From positions 270,001 through 302,000 of the forward strand of contig NZ_JBHSTI010000002.1 of NCBI RefSeq assembly GCF_042660085.1: a stretch of DNA of 32,000 nt, read 5' to 3'. The notes below the pieces were generated by a model. That model did no database searches. It was given only the letters and a program-made list of their open reading frames with translations, and was not told the DNA's origin. The translations under genes were made by a program, and so were the position numbers. Positions 17,754-25,298 of this stretch are shown one piece after another. The stretch's first letter is position 1. Each line of letters starts with the position of its first letter. This stretch comes from Longivirga aurantiaca. Its GTDB lineage: Bacteria; Actinomycetota; Actinomycetes; S36-B12; CAIYMF01.

Positions 17754-18308
17754 ATGAACGACCGCCACGCCGACGACGAGGCAGCGGTGGTCGGCAGGCT
17801 CCCGCCTGGACCGCTTCCTGCCCGTGCGGATCCTGCTGGCCCTGGCCGGCGGTCTCGCGCTGGGACGGCTGCTCCCCAGCGTGCTGGGTGCGCTCGACGC
17901 CGTGAAGATCGGCCAGACGTCCTTGCCGATCGCGCTCGGGCTGCTGCTGATGATGTACCCCGTCCTGGCCAAGGTCCAGGGCGAGGCCATCACGTCCGAC
18001 CCGCTCGCGGTGGTGAGCATCGCCGTCCCGCTGCTCGTCTACTTCGCGATCATGTGGGGGTCTCGTTCCTCGTCGGATCCCGGTCGGGGATGACCTACCC
18101 GAAGACGGCGGCCCTCGCGTTCACCGCGGCCGGCAACAGCTTCGAGCTCGCGATCGCCGTGAGCATCGGGGTCTGGGGCGTCACGTCGGGCCAGGCGCTG
18201 GCCGGTGTGATCGGCCCGCTCATCGAGATGCCCGCGCTGGTCGCGCTCGCGTACGTGAGCCTCGCCCTCCGTCGTCGCTGGCACCGGCCGCTGGTCCGAT
18301 CCGGGTGA
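17754..18308 (+). pseudogene. acr3: Decayed acr3 (arsenite efflux permease ACR3 family) remnant
   Basis: ATG at 17754 with a GGAGG RBS. ACR3 signatures appear in two frames. Frame of 17754: MNDRHADDEAAVVGRL. Frame +1: SRLDRFLPVRILLALAGGLALGRLLP..KIGQTSLPIALGLLLMMYPVLAKV|QGEAITSDPLAVVSIAVPLLVYFAIMWG. Back in the first frame: VSFLVG..YPKTAALAFTAAGNSFELAIAVSIGVWGVTSGQALAGVIGPLIEMPALVALAYV. About 180 central codons of a normal ACR3 are missing. Confidence 0.7.
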
Positions 18309-19543
18309 CGGCGGCGGCCACCTCGCGCTGGCACGATGAACGCGTGACGTCGGACTCCGTGCCTCGGCTCGAACGCAGGCTCGGGCTGGGCGGCGCGGTC
18401 GCGATCGGCCTCGGCGCGATGCTCGGCACCGGTGTGTTCGCCGCGTGGACACCGGCGTACCGGCTGGCCGGCCCCCTGCTGCTGGTCTCCCTCGGCATCG
18501 CGGCCCTGGTGGCCGGCCTCAACGCGTGGTCCACCGCCGCGCTGGCCCGCGTGCACTCCGAGTCCGGTGGTGCGTACGCCTACGGTCGCGCCCGGCTCGG
18601 CCGTGCGGCCGGCGTCCTCGCCGGCTGGGCCTTCGTCGTCGGGAAGATCGCGTCGGCGGGAGCGGCCGCGTTGACCATCGGCGCGTACGTCGCCCCCGCG
18701 TACCAGCGACCTCTCGGGGTCGCGGCGATCGCGCTCGTCCTGCTGCTCGACCTGCGCGGTGTCACGAAGACGGCCGCGGTCTCGGCGGTCGTCTCGGGTG
18801 TCGTCATCGCGGTGCTGCTGTGGCTGTCGCTCGCGGCCCAGGTGGGTCGCGCGTCGCTCGCGTCGTCCTCCATCGCCCCCGGCGTTCCCGGGAGCGGCGC
18901 CGGCGGCGTGCTCGGTGCCGCCGGCCTTCTCTTCGTCGCCTTCGCCGGGTATGCGCGTATCGCGACCCTGGGCGAGGAGGTGCGCGAGCCGCGGCGCACC
19001 CTGCCGAGGGCGATGGCCATCTCCTTCGCCGTCGTCGTGTCGGTCTACGTGCTCGTCGCCGTCGCGCTGCTCACGCTCCTGGCGGCCCTGCCGGTGCAGG
19101 AGTGGACCGCCGCGCCCCTCGAGACGCTCGCCCGCTTAGCCGGGGGCGGACTGCTCACCCCTGCGGTTCGCCTTGCCGCGGTCCTGGCCGCCGGCGGCGC
19201 CCTGCTCTCCCTGCTGGCAGGCGTGGGTCGCACGCTGTTCGCGATGGGCCGGGGCGCAGACGCCCCCGCGGCGCTTGCCGCGGTCTCCCGGCACGGCGTA
19301 CCGCACCGGGCCCAGATCGTGGCCGCGGTCGGGGCCGCGGTCGTCGTGCTGGTCGGCGGGATCGGCGCCGCCCTGGCGCTGTCGGCGGTCTCGATCCTCA
19401 CCTACTACGGGGTGGCCCACCTGGCCGCGCTGCGGCTCGGCACCGAGGAGGGCCGGCCCCCGCGCATCGTCCCGCTGGCGGGCCTCGCCGGATGTGCGGC
19501 CGTGGCTCTGAGCCTGCTGCTACTGGTCAGTAACACTGGGTAG
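18305..19543 (+). CDS. APC-superfamily amino acid/polyamine permease
   Basis: About 12 hydrophobic segments. LGLGGAVAIGLGAMLGTGVF..SESGGAYAYGR..FAGYARIATLGEEVREPRRTLPRAM. The GTG at 18305 overlaps the acr3 remnant stop (GTGA); GTG at 18344 is an alternative. Confidence 0.8.
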   Translation: MTAAATSRWHDERVTSDSVPRLERRLGLGGAVAIGLGAMLGTGVFAAWTPAYRLAGPLLLVSLGIAALVAGLNAWSTAALARVHSESGGAYAYGRARLGRAAGVLAGWAFVVGKIASAGAAALTIGAYVAPAYQRPLGVAAIALVLLLDLRGVTKTAAVSAVVSGVVIAVLLWLSLAAQVGRASLASSSIAPGVPGSGAGGVLGAAGLLFVAFAGYARIATLGEEVREPRRTLPRAMAISFAVVVSVYVLVAVALLTLLAALPVQEWTAAPLETLARLAGGGLLTPAVRLAAVLAAGGALLSLLAGVGRTLFAMGRGADAPAALAAVSRHGVPHRAQIVAAVGAAVVVLVGGIGAALALSAVSILTYYGVAHLAALRLGTEEGRPPRIVPLAGLAGCAAVALSLLLLVSNTG

Positions 19544-19544
19544 A

Positions 19545-19616
19545 GCAAGCACTCACGCACCGTCCTGTGAGGGAGCACACCCTCAGAATGCTTGCTCCCC
19601 GCTTGCTATAGCAAGC
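19545..19616. promoter_or_regulatory. Array of four GCAAGC/GCTTGC half-sites, including the perfect 16-bp palindrome GCTTGCTATAGCAAGC (19601-19616), upstream of the XRE regulator
   Basis: GCAAGC at 19545 and 19611; GCTTGC at 19590 and 19601. The palindrome centre TATAGC could double as a -10 element about 25 nt upstream of the ATG at 19639. Confidence 0.45.
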
Positions 19617-19638
19617 ACCCAGGGTGCATGGTTAAGTC

Positions 19639-20049
19639 ATGGCCACCATCGACGTCCGCAGCCTCGGGGAGTACATCCGCGAGCAGCGCACGTCTGCCGA
19701 GGTCTCGCTGCGACAGCTGGCGAAGAGCGCCGGGGTCTCCAACCCCTACCTCTCCCAGGTGGAGCGAGGGCTGAAGAAGCCCAGTGCCGAGATCCTCGGG
19801 CAGATCGCGGGGGCCCTGCGCATCTCCGCCGAGACGTTGTACGTCAAGGCGGGGCTGCTCGAGGCCCGCGACGGCGACGCTGCCGTCACCGAGGCGATCA
19901 GCACGGACGAGACGCTCTCCGAGCGTCAGCGCCAGGTCCTTCTCGAGATCTACGCCGCCTTCCAGAAGGAGAACGCCGTGATCCGTGAGGCCACCACCCC
20001 GAGCCCCGACGATGCCGGCACCATCCCCGCCGACGTCACGACCAGCTGA
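19639..20049 (+). CDS. XRE-family helix-turn-helix transcriptional regulator (Rv0474-like)
   Basis: LGEYIREQRTSAEVSLRQLAKSAGVSNPYLSQVERGLKKPSAEILGQIAGALRISAETLYVKAG. Confidence 0.85.
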   Translation: MATIDVRSLGEYIREQRTSAEVSLRQLAKSAGVSNPYLSQVERGLKKPSAEILGQIAGALRISAETLYVKAGLLEARDGDAAVTEAISTDETLSERQRQVLLEIYAAFQKENAVIREATTPSPDDAGTIPADVTTS

Positions 20050-20062
20050 AGGAAGAAACGAC

Positions 20063-20833
20063 ATGACTGAAAACATCACCCCCCAGGTCGACGAGGTCGT
20101 CGAGGCCGTCGTCGAGACCACCGCCGCTGCGAAGAAGACGGCTGTGAAGAAGACCACGGCCGCCAAGAAGACGGCTGCGAAGAAGACCACCGCCGCCAAG
20201 AAGACCGCGGCGACCAAGACCACGGCTGCGAAGAAGACCGCTGCGAAGAAGGCCACGACCGCGAAGAAGAAGGTCGTCGTCGCCGCCGAGGCCGTGACCG
20301 AGAAGGTCGCCCCGAAGCCCGAGCACCACACCGCGATGGACGAGGCCGCGAAGATCTTCGAGGCCCAGGTCGCCAAGGTCCGCTCGCTCCTCGAGCGCCC
20401 CGAGGTCGTCGAGGTCAAGAGCCGCGTCGAGGGCCAGATCGCCGTCGCCGCCAAGACCGTCGAGCCCTACGTCGCCGACGTGACCGAGAAGGTCACCGAG
20501 GGCTACAAGGCCGCCGAGAAGGTCGTCGCGCCGTACGCCACCGAGGTCTCGACCAAGGTCGAGGACGCCGTCGGCCCGTACGTCTCGGTCCTCACGGTGA
20601 AGGCCGCCAAGGCTGCCAAGACCGCCGAGGAGGCCGTGAAGCCGTACGTCGCCACCGTGCAGAACTCCGCCGAGGACGCCGTGAACGCGGCCGAGCGCGT
20701 GGTCGTCGACCTCCGCGCCCGTGCCGACGCCCGCGCCGCCTTCGCGACCGACACGGTCAAGCACGGCACCGACGAGCTGAAGCTGCGCGCCGACGAGGTC
20801 GTGGCCCGCGTCCGCAAGGTCGCCGGTCTCTGA
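20063..20833 (+). CDS. Lys/Ala/Thr-rich repeat protein, possible HbhA-type / histone-H1-like basic protein (function uncertain)
   Basis: AAGGAAG RBS. The N-terminal region carries (AAKKT/TAAKKT)n. The C-terminal region carries four ~20-aa repeats with a V-x-P-Y-[VA] core. Its position downstream of the Rv0474-like regulator mirrors hbhA (Rv0475). Confidence 0.65.
   Translation: MTENITPQVDEVVEAVVETTAAAKKTAVKKTTAAKKTAAKKTTAAKKTAATKTTAAKKTAAKKATTAKKKVVVAAEAVTEKVAPKPEHHTAMDEAAKIFEAQVAKVRSLLERPEVVEVKSRVEGQIAVAAKTVEPYVADVTEKVTEGYKAAEKVVAPYATEVSTKVEDAVGPYVSVLTVKAAKAAKTAEEAVKPYVATVQNSAEDAVNAAERVVVDLRARADARAAFATDTVKHGTDELKLRADEVVARVRKVAGL
20122..20271 (+). repeat. Coding tandem repeat encoding (K-K-T-[TA]-A-A)n
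   Basis: Reiterated gccaagaagacggctgcgaagaagaccac units read directly from the sequence. Confidence 0.7.
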
Positions 20834-20867
20834 CCCACCCGCTGCCGATCCGGCAGCAGCACGAACT

Positions 20868-20904
20868 CACGAGCCCCTCGCAGTGATCCTGCGGGGGGCT
20901 CGTG
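20868..20904 (+). terminator. Hairpin terminator after the Lys-rich repeat protein gene
   Basis: CACGAGCCCCtCGCAG-tgatc-CTGCGgGGGGCTCGTG, a ~16-bp stem with one G.U position. A smaller hairpin (GCTGCCG-atc-CGGCAGC) lies at 20841-20857. Confidence 0.6.
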
Positions 20905-20937
20905 TCACGTCCGATCCCGACGCCGGAGCGGCGGTGG

Positions 20938-20983
20938 GCGATGAGGGGGGCCTTCGTTGCTCAGAGCGCAACACACTCGGCCT
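20938..20983 (+). repeat. Copy B of the split intergenic repeat (contiguous form)
   Basis: GCGATGAGGGGGGCCTTCGTTGCTCAGAGCGCAACAcacTCGGCCT, compared with 9411..9502. Confidence 0.6.
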
Positions 20984-21027
20984 TCACGGACGTCGTTGTC
21001 CACAGGAGAGGGTCGGCGGATCCGACC

Positions 21028-21882
21028 TCAGACGAGCTCGAGGCTGCGGCGGGAGAGTCCCATCATCTGGCCCTCGATGACGGTGCGCGCTGAGCTGAGA
21101 TCCGTGGCGGCACCCAGCGTGACGAACAGCGGTATGAAGTGCTCGACCGTCGGGTGCGCGTACGGCAGCCCCGGCGCCGACTGGCGGAAGCCGGCGAGGG
21201 CGTCGACGTCGCCGGCGGCGATCGCGCCCCAGGCCCAGGCGTCGAAGTCGCGCGACCAGCCCGGCACCTTGCCCTCGATCATGGCCGGCGTGATGAACGG
21301 CAGGCCGTGGGTCATGAAGCCCGAGCCGATCACGAGCACGCCCTGCTCGCGCAGGTCGCGAAGGCGGGCGCCCATCCGCAGCAGGATGTCGGCGCGGTCG
21401 GTCGGCAGGCTGAGCTGCACCACCGGTACGTCGGCCAGCGGGTACATCACCTTCAGCGGCACCCAGGCGCCATGGTCGAGGCCCCGCGGACGGTTGACGA
21501 CCTCGCCGATGCCGGACAGCCGCTTGGCGACGTCGGCGCCGAGGGTCGAGGAGTCCGGCGTCGCGTACTCCATCGAGTAGTAGCGCGGGTCGAAGCCGCC
21601 GAAGTCGTAGACCAGGCGCGTCGACGGGTCGGGCGTGGTGATGGTGATCGGGGCCGTCTCCCAGTGGGCGCTCACGATCACGATGCCCGTCGGCTTGGGC
21701 ATCGACGTCGACCAGGCGAACAGCTCGTCCATCCAGCCGGCGTCGTCGAACAGCGGCGGGGCGCCGTGGCTGAGGTAGATCGACGGGAGGGCGGCGTCTC
21801 CGGGCTGCCAGACGACCTGCTCGGCGCTCGCGGCGAGTGCCGCCGGCTCGAAGGCGTCGAACGCCGCTGCTGCGCGTGCCAT
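21028..21882 (-). CDS. Class III extradiol ring-cleavage dioxygenase (LigB/YgiD, 4,5-DOPA dioxygenase-like)
   Basis: PSIYLSHGAPPL......W..........PKP.GIVIVSAHWE.......LVYDFGGF....Y...Y..PG..GLDHGAWVPL..MYP.ADVPVVQLSL..GVLVIGSG..TH. The ATG at 21882 has a GAGGAG RBS. Confidence 0.85.
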   Translation of the reverse strand: MARAAAAFDAFEPAALAASAEQVVWQPGDAALPSIYLSHGAPPLFDDAGWMDELFAWSTSMPKPTGIVIVSAHWETAPITITTPDPSTRLVYDFGGFDPRYYSMEYATPDSSTLGADVAKRLSGIGEVVNRPRGLDHGAWVPLKVMYPLADVPVVQLSLPTDRADILLRMGARLRDLREQGVLVIGSGFMTHGLPFITPAMIEGKVPGWSRDFDAWAWGAIAAGDVDALAGFRQSAPGLPYAHPTVEHFIPLFVTLGAATDLSSARTVIEGQMMGLSRRSLELV

Positions 21883-21996
21883 GGGGGTGCTCCTCGGGTG
21901 GGGTCTGCGGTGAGTCTGTCCCACTTAAGATTGAAGCGTCAACTAATATTCCTGAGCCCGGTCGTGGGGCCGCCGTCCGCTGCTTATGCTGGCGCA

Positions 21997-22281
21997 GTGC
22001 TGACCGCGGCCTTCGGGCTCACCCAGATCCTGTCGCTCGCGTGCATCGCGCTGGCCATCTGGGGGCTGGTCGACGCCGCGCTTCGCAAGCCCGACGCCTT
22101 CGCCGCCGCCGATCGTCAGACCAAGCAGTTCTGGCTCCTGATCCTCGGCGTGGCGATCCTCGTCCTGGTCTTCTTCGGAGTCATCTCGTTCTTCGGGGTG
22201 CCGGCGGTGGTCGCCGCGATCGTCTACATCGTCGATGTGCGACCGAAGGTCGCCGAGGTCTCGCGCGGCCCGCGGTACTGA
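21997..22281 (+). CDS. DUF2516-family small membrane protein
   Basis: IALAIWGLVDAALRKPDAFAAADRQTKQFWLLILGVAILV. The start is uncertain (GTG 21997 or GTG 21964). Confidence 0.6.
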   Translation: MLTAAFGLTQILSLACIALAIWGLVDAALRKPDAFAAADRQTKQFWLLILGVAILVLVFFGVISFFGVPAVVAAIVYIVDVRPKVAEVSRGPRY

Positions 22282-22291
22282 CCGCACGGGC

Positions 22292-23113
22292 ATGACGCGT
22301 CGTCGCCCGGCGGTGCGGCCGCTGGGCGCGATCACCCGGGGCACCACCCATCCGAACCGGCTGCGCCGCGTCGACCGCTGGATCGCGCACGCGCTGGCCG
22401 CGCCGCTGCGGGCGGCGTCCGACCCCGTCGTCGTCGATCTCGGCTACGGCGCCGCCGCGTGGACCCCGCTCGACCTGCGTGACCGGCTGCGGGCGGTGCG
22501 GCCCGACGTCGAGGTGGTCGGCATCGAGATCGACCCTGCTCGCGTCGCCGCGGCTGCGCCGTACGCCGACGGCACGCTCTCGTTCCGCCGCGGCGGGTTC
22601 GAGGTGCCGCTCGACGGACGGTCTCCCGTGGTGGTCCGCGCCTTCAACGTGCTGCGCCAGTACGACGAGGCCGAGGTGCCCGGTGCCTGGCAGGCGATGA
22701 CCTCGCGCCTCTCCGCCGGCGGCGCGCTGGTCGAGGGCACCTGCGACGAGCTCGGCCGGCACGCGTGGTGGGTCGTCCTGCGCGCGGGGTCGAGCGTGCC
22801 GGAGTCGCTCACCCTCTCCACCCGGCTCGCCGGGCTCGAGCGGCCCTCGGACCTCGCCGAGCGGCTGCCCAAGGCGCTCATCCACCGCAACGTGCCGGGC
22901 GAGCCTGTGCACGCGTTCCTGCAGCAGCTCGACCGCGCCTGGGCGGCCGCGGCGCCGCAGGGCTCGTTCGGCGTGCGCCAGCGCTGGATCGCCGCGGTGC
23001 GGTCGCTGCGCGTCACCGGCGTACCTGTCCTCGACGGCCCGTCGCGCTGGCGCCTCGGCGAGATCGCCGTCCCCTGGTCGTACGTCGCCCCCGCTGCGTT
23101 GTCGCACCCCTAG
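22292..23113 (+). CDS. Probable class I SAM-dependent methyltransferase
   Basis: VVDLGYGAAAWT (degenerate motif I)..VVGIEID..RAFNVLRQY. The family call is tentative. The TAG stop (23111-23113) lies inside repeat copy 1. Confidence 0.55.
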   Translation: MTRRRPAVRPLGAITRGTTHPNRLRRVDRWIAHALAAPLRAASDPVVVDLGYGAAAWTPLDLRDRLRAVRPDVEVVGIEIDPARVAAAAPYADGTLSFRRGGFEVPLDGRSPVVVRAFNVLRQYDEAEVPGAWQAMTSRLSAGGALVEGTCDELGRHAWWVVLRAGSSVPESLTLSTRLAGLERPSDLAERLPKALIHRNVPGEPVHAFLQQLDRAWAAAAPQGSFGVRQRWIAAVRSLRVTGVPVLDGPSRWRLGEIAVPWSYVAPAALSHP

Positions 23114-23167
23114 GGTCGAGCACGGCAGTTGAACTGCGCCCCGTGACCCGTACTCGTGATCTTGGTC
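23107..23167 (+). repeat. Copy 1 of a ~60-bp structured intergenic repeat
   Basis: CCCCTAGGGTCGAGCACGGCAGTTGAACTGCGCCCCGTGACCCGTACTCGTGATCTTGGTC. Confidence 0.85.
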
Positions 23168-23237
23168 GGCGGCCGACGCGCCTCCATCGCCCATCGCGCG
23201 GTGCGCAGGTCCAGGATGGCGGGCAGGAGGTACGACG

Positions 23238-23789
23238 ATGACGCTCATCGAGACCGAACGCGGTGACCTCACCGAGCAGCACGTCGACGTGATCGTGAAT
23301 GCGGCGAACTGGTCGCTGCTCGGCGGTGGAGGCGTCGACGGGGCGATCCACTCGCGCGGCGGCGACGAGATCCTGCGCGCGTGCGAGGAGGTACGCCGTA
23401 CGACGTGGCCCGACGGCCTGCCCGTCGGCGAAGCCGTCGCGACGACCGCGGGCCGCCTGTCGGCGCGCTGGGTCGTGCACACCGTGGGGCCGCGCTACCG
23501 CGAGCCGCACGGGCACGAGGAGACGCTGCTGACGTCGTGCCACCGGCGTTCGCTCGAGGTGGCGCACGGGCTCGGCGCACGCACGATCGCGTTCCCCGCC
23601 ATCTCCTGCGGCATCTTCGGCTACCCCGCTGCCGAGGCTGCGCCCGTCGCCGTGCGCGCGGTGCGTGCCTATGCGCGCCAGCACCCTGATGCGTTCGACG
23701 TGATCCGCTTCGTGCTCTTCGCTGCCGACGTCGATGCCGAGTTCCGCACCGCCGTCGCCGATCTCGCCGGCGACGCCCCCAAGGGCTGA
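23238..23789 (+). CDS. Macro domain protein (O-acetyl-ADP-ribose deacetylase, MacroD/YmdB type)
   Basis: GDLTEQHVDVIVNAAN.SLLGGGGVDGAIH..GG..I...C.......G.AV.T.AG.L.A.WV.HTVGP..AFPAIS.GIFGYP. Confidence 0.9.
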   Translation: MTLIETERGDLTEQHVDVIVNAANWSLLGGGGVDGAIHSRGGDEILRACEEVRRTTWPDGLPVGEAVATTAGRLSARWVVHTVGPRYREPHGHEETLLTSCHRRSLEVAHGLGARTIAFPAISCGIFGYPAAEAAPVAVRAVRAYARQHPDAFDVIRFVLFAADVDAEFRTAVADLAGDAPKG

Positions 23790-23806
23790 CCCGCTCGCTC
23801 CTCAGA

Positions 23807-23867
23807 CCCCTGGGGTCGATCAGGGCAGTTCAACTGCACTCGATGACCCGTACTCGCGATCTTGATC
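23807..23867 (+). repeat. Copy 2 of the ~60-bp structured intergenic repeat
   Basis: CCCCTGGGGTCGATCAGGGCAGTTCAACTGCACTCGATGACCCGTACTCGCGATCTTGATC, exactly 700 bp after copy 1. Confidence 0.85.
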
Positions 23868-23884
23868 CGAGGGCCCGCCGCGGG

Positions 23885-24424
23885 TCAGAGCGCGAGGACG
23901 TGGTCGACGAGCTCGACGCCGTACCACTGGTCGGTGACGCCGAGGCGCGTCATGCCGAGGCGGTCGCAGACCGCGAGCGACCGCACGTTGTCCGGGTAGA
24001 CGACGGCGTGCACCTCGCCGAGACCGTTCGCGCGCGCCTGGCCGATGAGGGCGCGGGCCGACTCGGTCGCGATCCCGAAGCCCCACGCGTCCGGGTGGAA
24101 GTGCCAGCCGATCTCACGCGTGTCGGACTTCTCGCCGGACGACGTCGTGAGCGGCACGAGCAGCGCCGTGCCGCACGGCTGCGGCGAGATCCCCGAGATC
24201 CCCGGCGTCTCTACGGCCCAGAGACCTTCGCGCGCCGACGTCGAGAGGGCGTTCCAGCGAGCGATGCGCGCGCGGGCGGCGTCGAGGTCGGGGCACGGCG
24301 TCGGCGGGTTGCCCAGCCAGCGGTAGACGTCCTCGCGCGAGTAGATGTCGAGCACTGCGTCGGCATCGGAGTCCTCCCACGCGCGGAGCAGGAGCCGTTC
24401 GGTGCGCAGCGGCGTCACGGGCAT
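23885..24424 (-). CDS. GNAT-family N-acetyltransferase (RimJ/RimL-like)
   Basis: LRTERLLLRAWEDSDADAV..IYS...V.RWL...IGW.FHPDAWGFGIATE.ARALI......GL.EVHAVV.PDN..S..V..RLGM. The ATG at 24424 has an AGGA RBS. Confidence 0.85.
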   Translation of the reverse strand: MPVTPLRTERLLLRAWEDSDADAVLDIYSREDVYRWLGNPPTPCPDLDAARARIARWNALSTSAREGLWAVETPGISGISPQPCGTALLVPLTTSSGEKSDTREIGWHFHPDAWGFGIATESARALIGQARANGLGEVHAVVYPDNVRSLAVCDRLGMTRLGVTDQWYGVELVDHVLAL

Positions 24425-24472
24425 GGGCCGATCCTGCGCCGTACGCCGCCCCACGTCGAGCGCGTTTGGCGT

Positions 24473-24532
24473 CCATGATCGCGAGTACGGGTCATCGAGT
24501 GCAGTTGAACTGCCGTGATCGACCCTAAGGGC
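24473..24532 (-). repeat. Copy 3 of the ~60-bp structured intergenic repeat (inverted relative to copies 1 and 2)
   Basis: Reverse complement reads CCCTTAGGGTCGATCACGGCAGTTCAACTGCACTCGATGACCCGTACTCGCGATCATGGAC. Confidence 0.85.
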
Positions 24533-24539
24533 GCCAAAG

Positions 24540-25256
24540 TCAGGGGGCGAGGGCGATGCGGATGCGGCGGAAGCCCTTGCCCTTGTTCTCGATCTTCGTC
24601 ACGCGCATCGCGCCGATCTGGCGCGTCGAGGCCACGTGCGTGCCGCCGTCCGCCTGCACGTCGAGACCTGAGATGTCCACGATCCGCACGATCTCGATCG
24701 TCGGCGGCAGCAGGTTGGTCGCCGTCCGGATGATGTCCGGGATCGCGAAGGCCTCGTCGCGCGGCAGCTCGTACGCCGAGATCGCACGGTCGGCATCGAC
24801 CTCGACGTTGCACGCAGCCTCCACGGCGTCACGGAACCCCTCCGGCACGCTCTCGAGGTTGAAGTCGAGGCGCGCCTCGAGCGGCTCCATGTTGCCGCCG
24901 GTCACGAGGGCGCCGAAGTCACGGAACACCACGCCCGACAGCAGGTGCAGGCCGGAGTGGGTGCGCATCAGCGCCGTACGCCGGTCGTCCTCGATTGCCC
25001 CGCGCACGGCCGTGCCCACCGGCGGCAGCGGGTCGTCGTCGTGCGCGACCAGGCGTACGTCGTCACCCTTCAGCGCACCCACGATGCGTGTCTGCACGCC
25101 GCCCCACAGCAGCACGCCGTGGTCCGGAGGCTGACCGCCGCCGCCGGGGTAGAACGCGCTGCGGTCGAGCACGATCCCCGTCTCGCGGTCCGACTCCAGG
25201 ACGATCGCGTCCCACTCGCGCAGGGTGGCGTCGGACAGCTCGAGGCGCTCGGTCAT
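24540..25256 (-). CDS. AlaX-type alanyl-tRNA editing protein (Ala/Thr-tRNA synthetase second additional domain)
   Basis: VLDRSAFYPGGGGQP.D.G.......R...MR.HSG.HLLSGVV......V.GG......ARLDF..I.DI...QADGGTHV..T..IG......ENKGK...RI. Confidence 0.85.
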   Translation of the reverse strand: MTERLELSDATLREWDAIVLESDRETGIVLDRSAFYPGGGGQPPDHGVLLWGGVQTRIVGALKGDDVRLVAHDDDPLPPVGTAVRGAIEDDRRTALMRTHSGLHLLSGVVFRDFGALVTGGNMEPLEARLDFNLESVPEGFRDAVEAACNVEVDADRAISAYELPRDEAFAIPDIIRTATNLLPPTIEIVRIVDISGLDVQADGGTHVASTRQIGAMRVTKIENKGKGFRRIRIALAP

Positions 25257-25298
25257 CCCGACATCCTGCCGCCCATCGCCGGCGACGACCCCAGGAAC

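Noticed and set aside
15532-19543. The ars cluster as a horizontally acquired genomic island or mobile element.
   Set aside because: There is no integrase, transposase, flanking tRNA or clear compositional shift apart from short promoter regions. The only flanking repeats (9411 and 20938) enclose a much larger block that includes core genes such as dtd.
23238-23789. Macro-domain gene as a DarG antitoxin of a DarTG toxin-antitoxin/defence module.
   Set aside because: No DarT (DUF4433) or any other toxin-like ORF is adjacent. The sequence has the MacroD/YmdB housekeeping signature (NAAN..GGGGVDGAIH).
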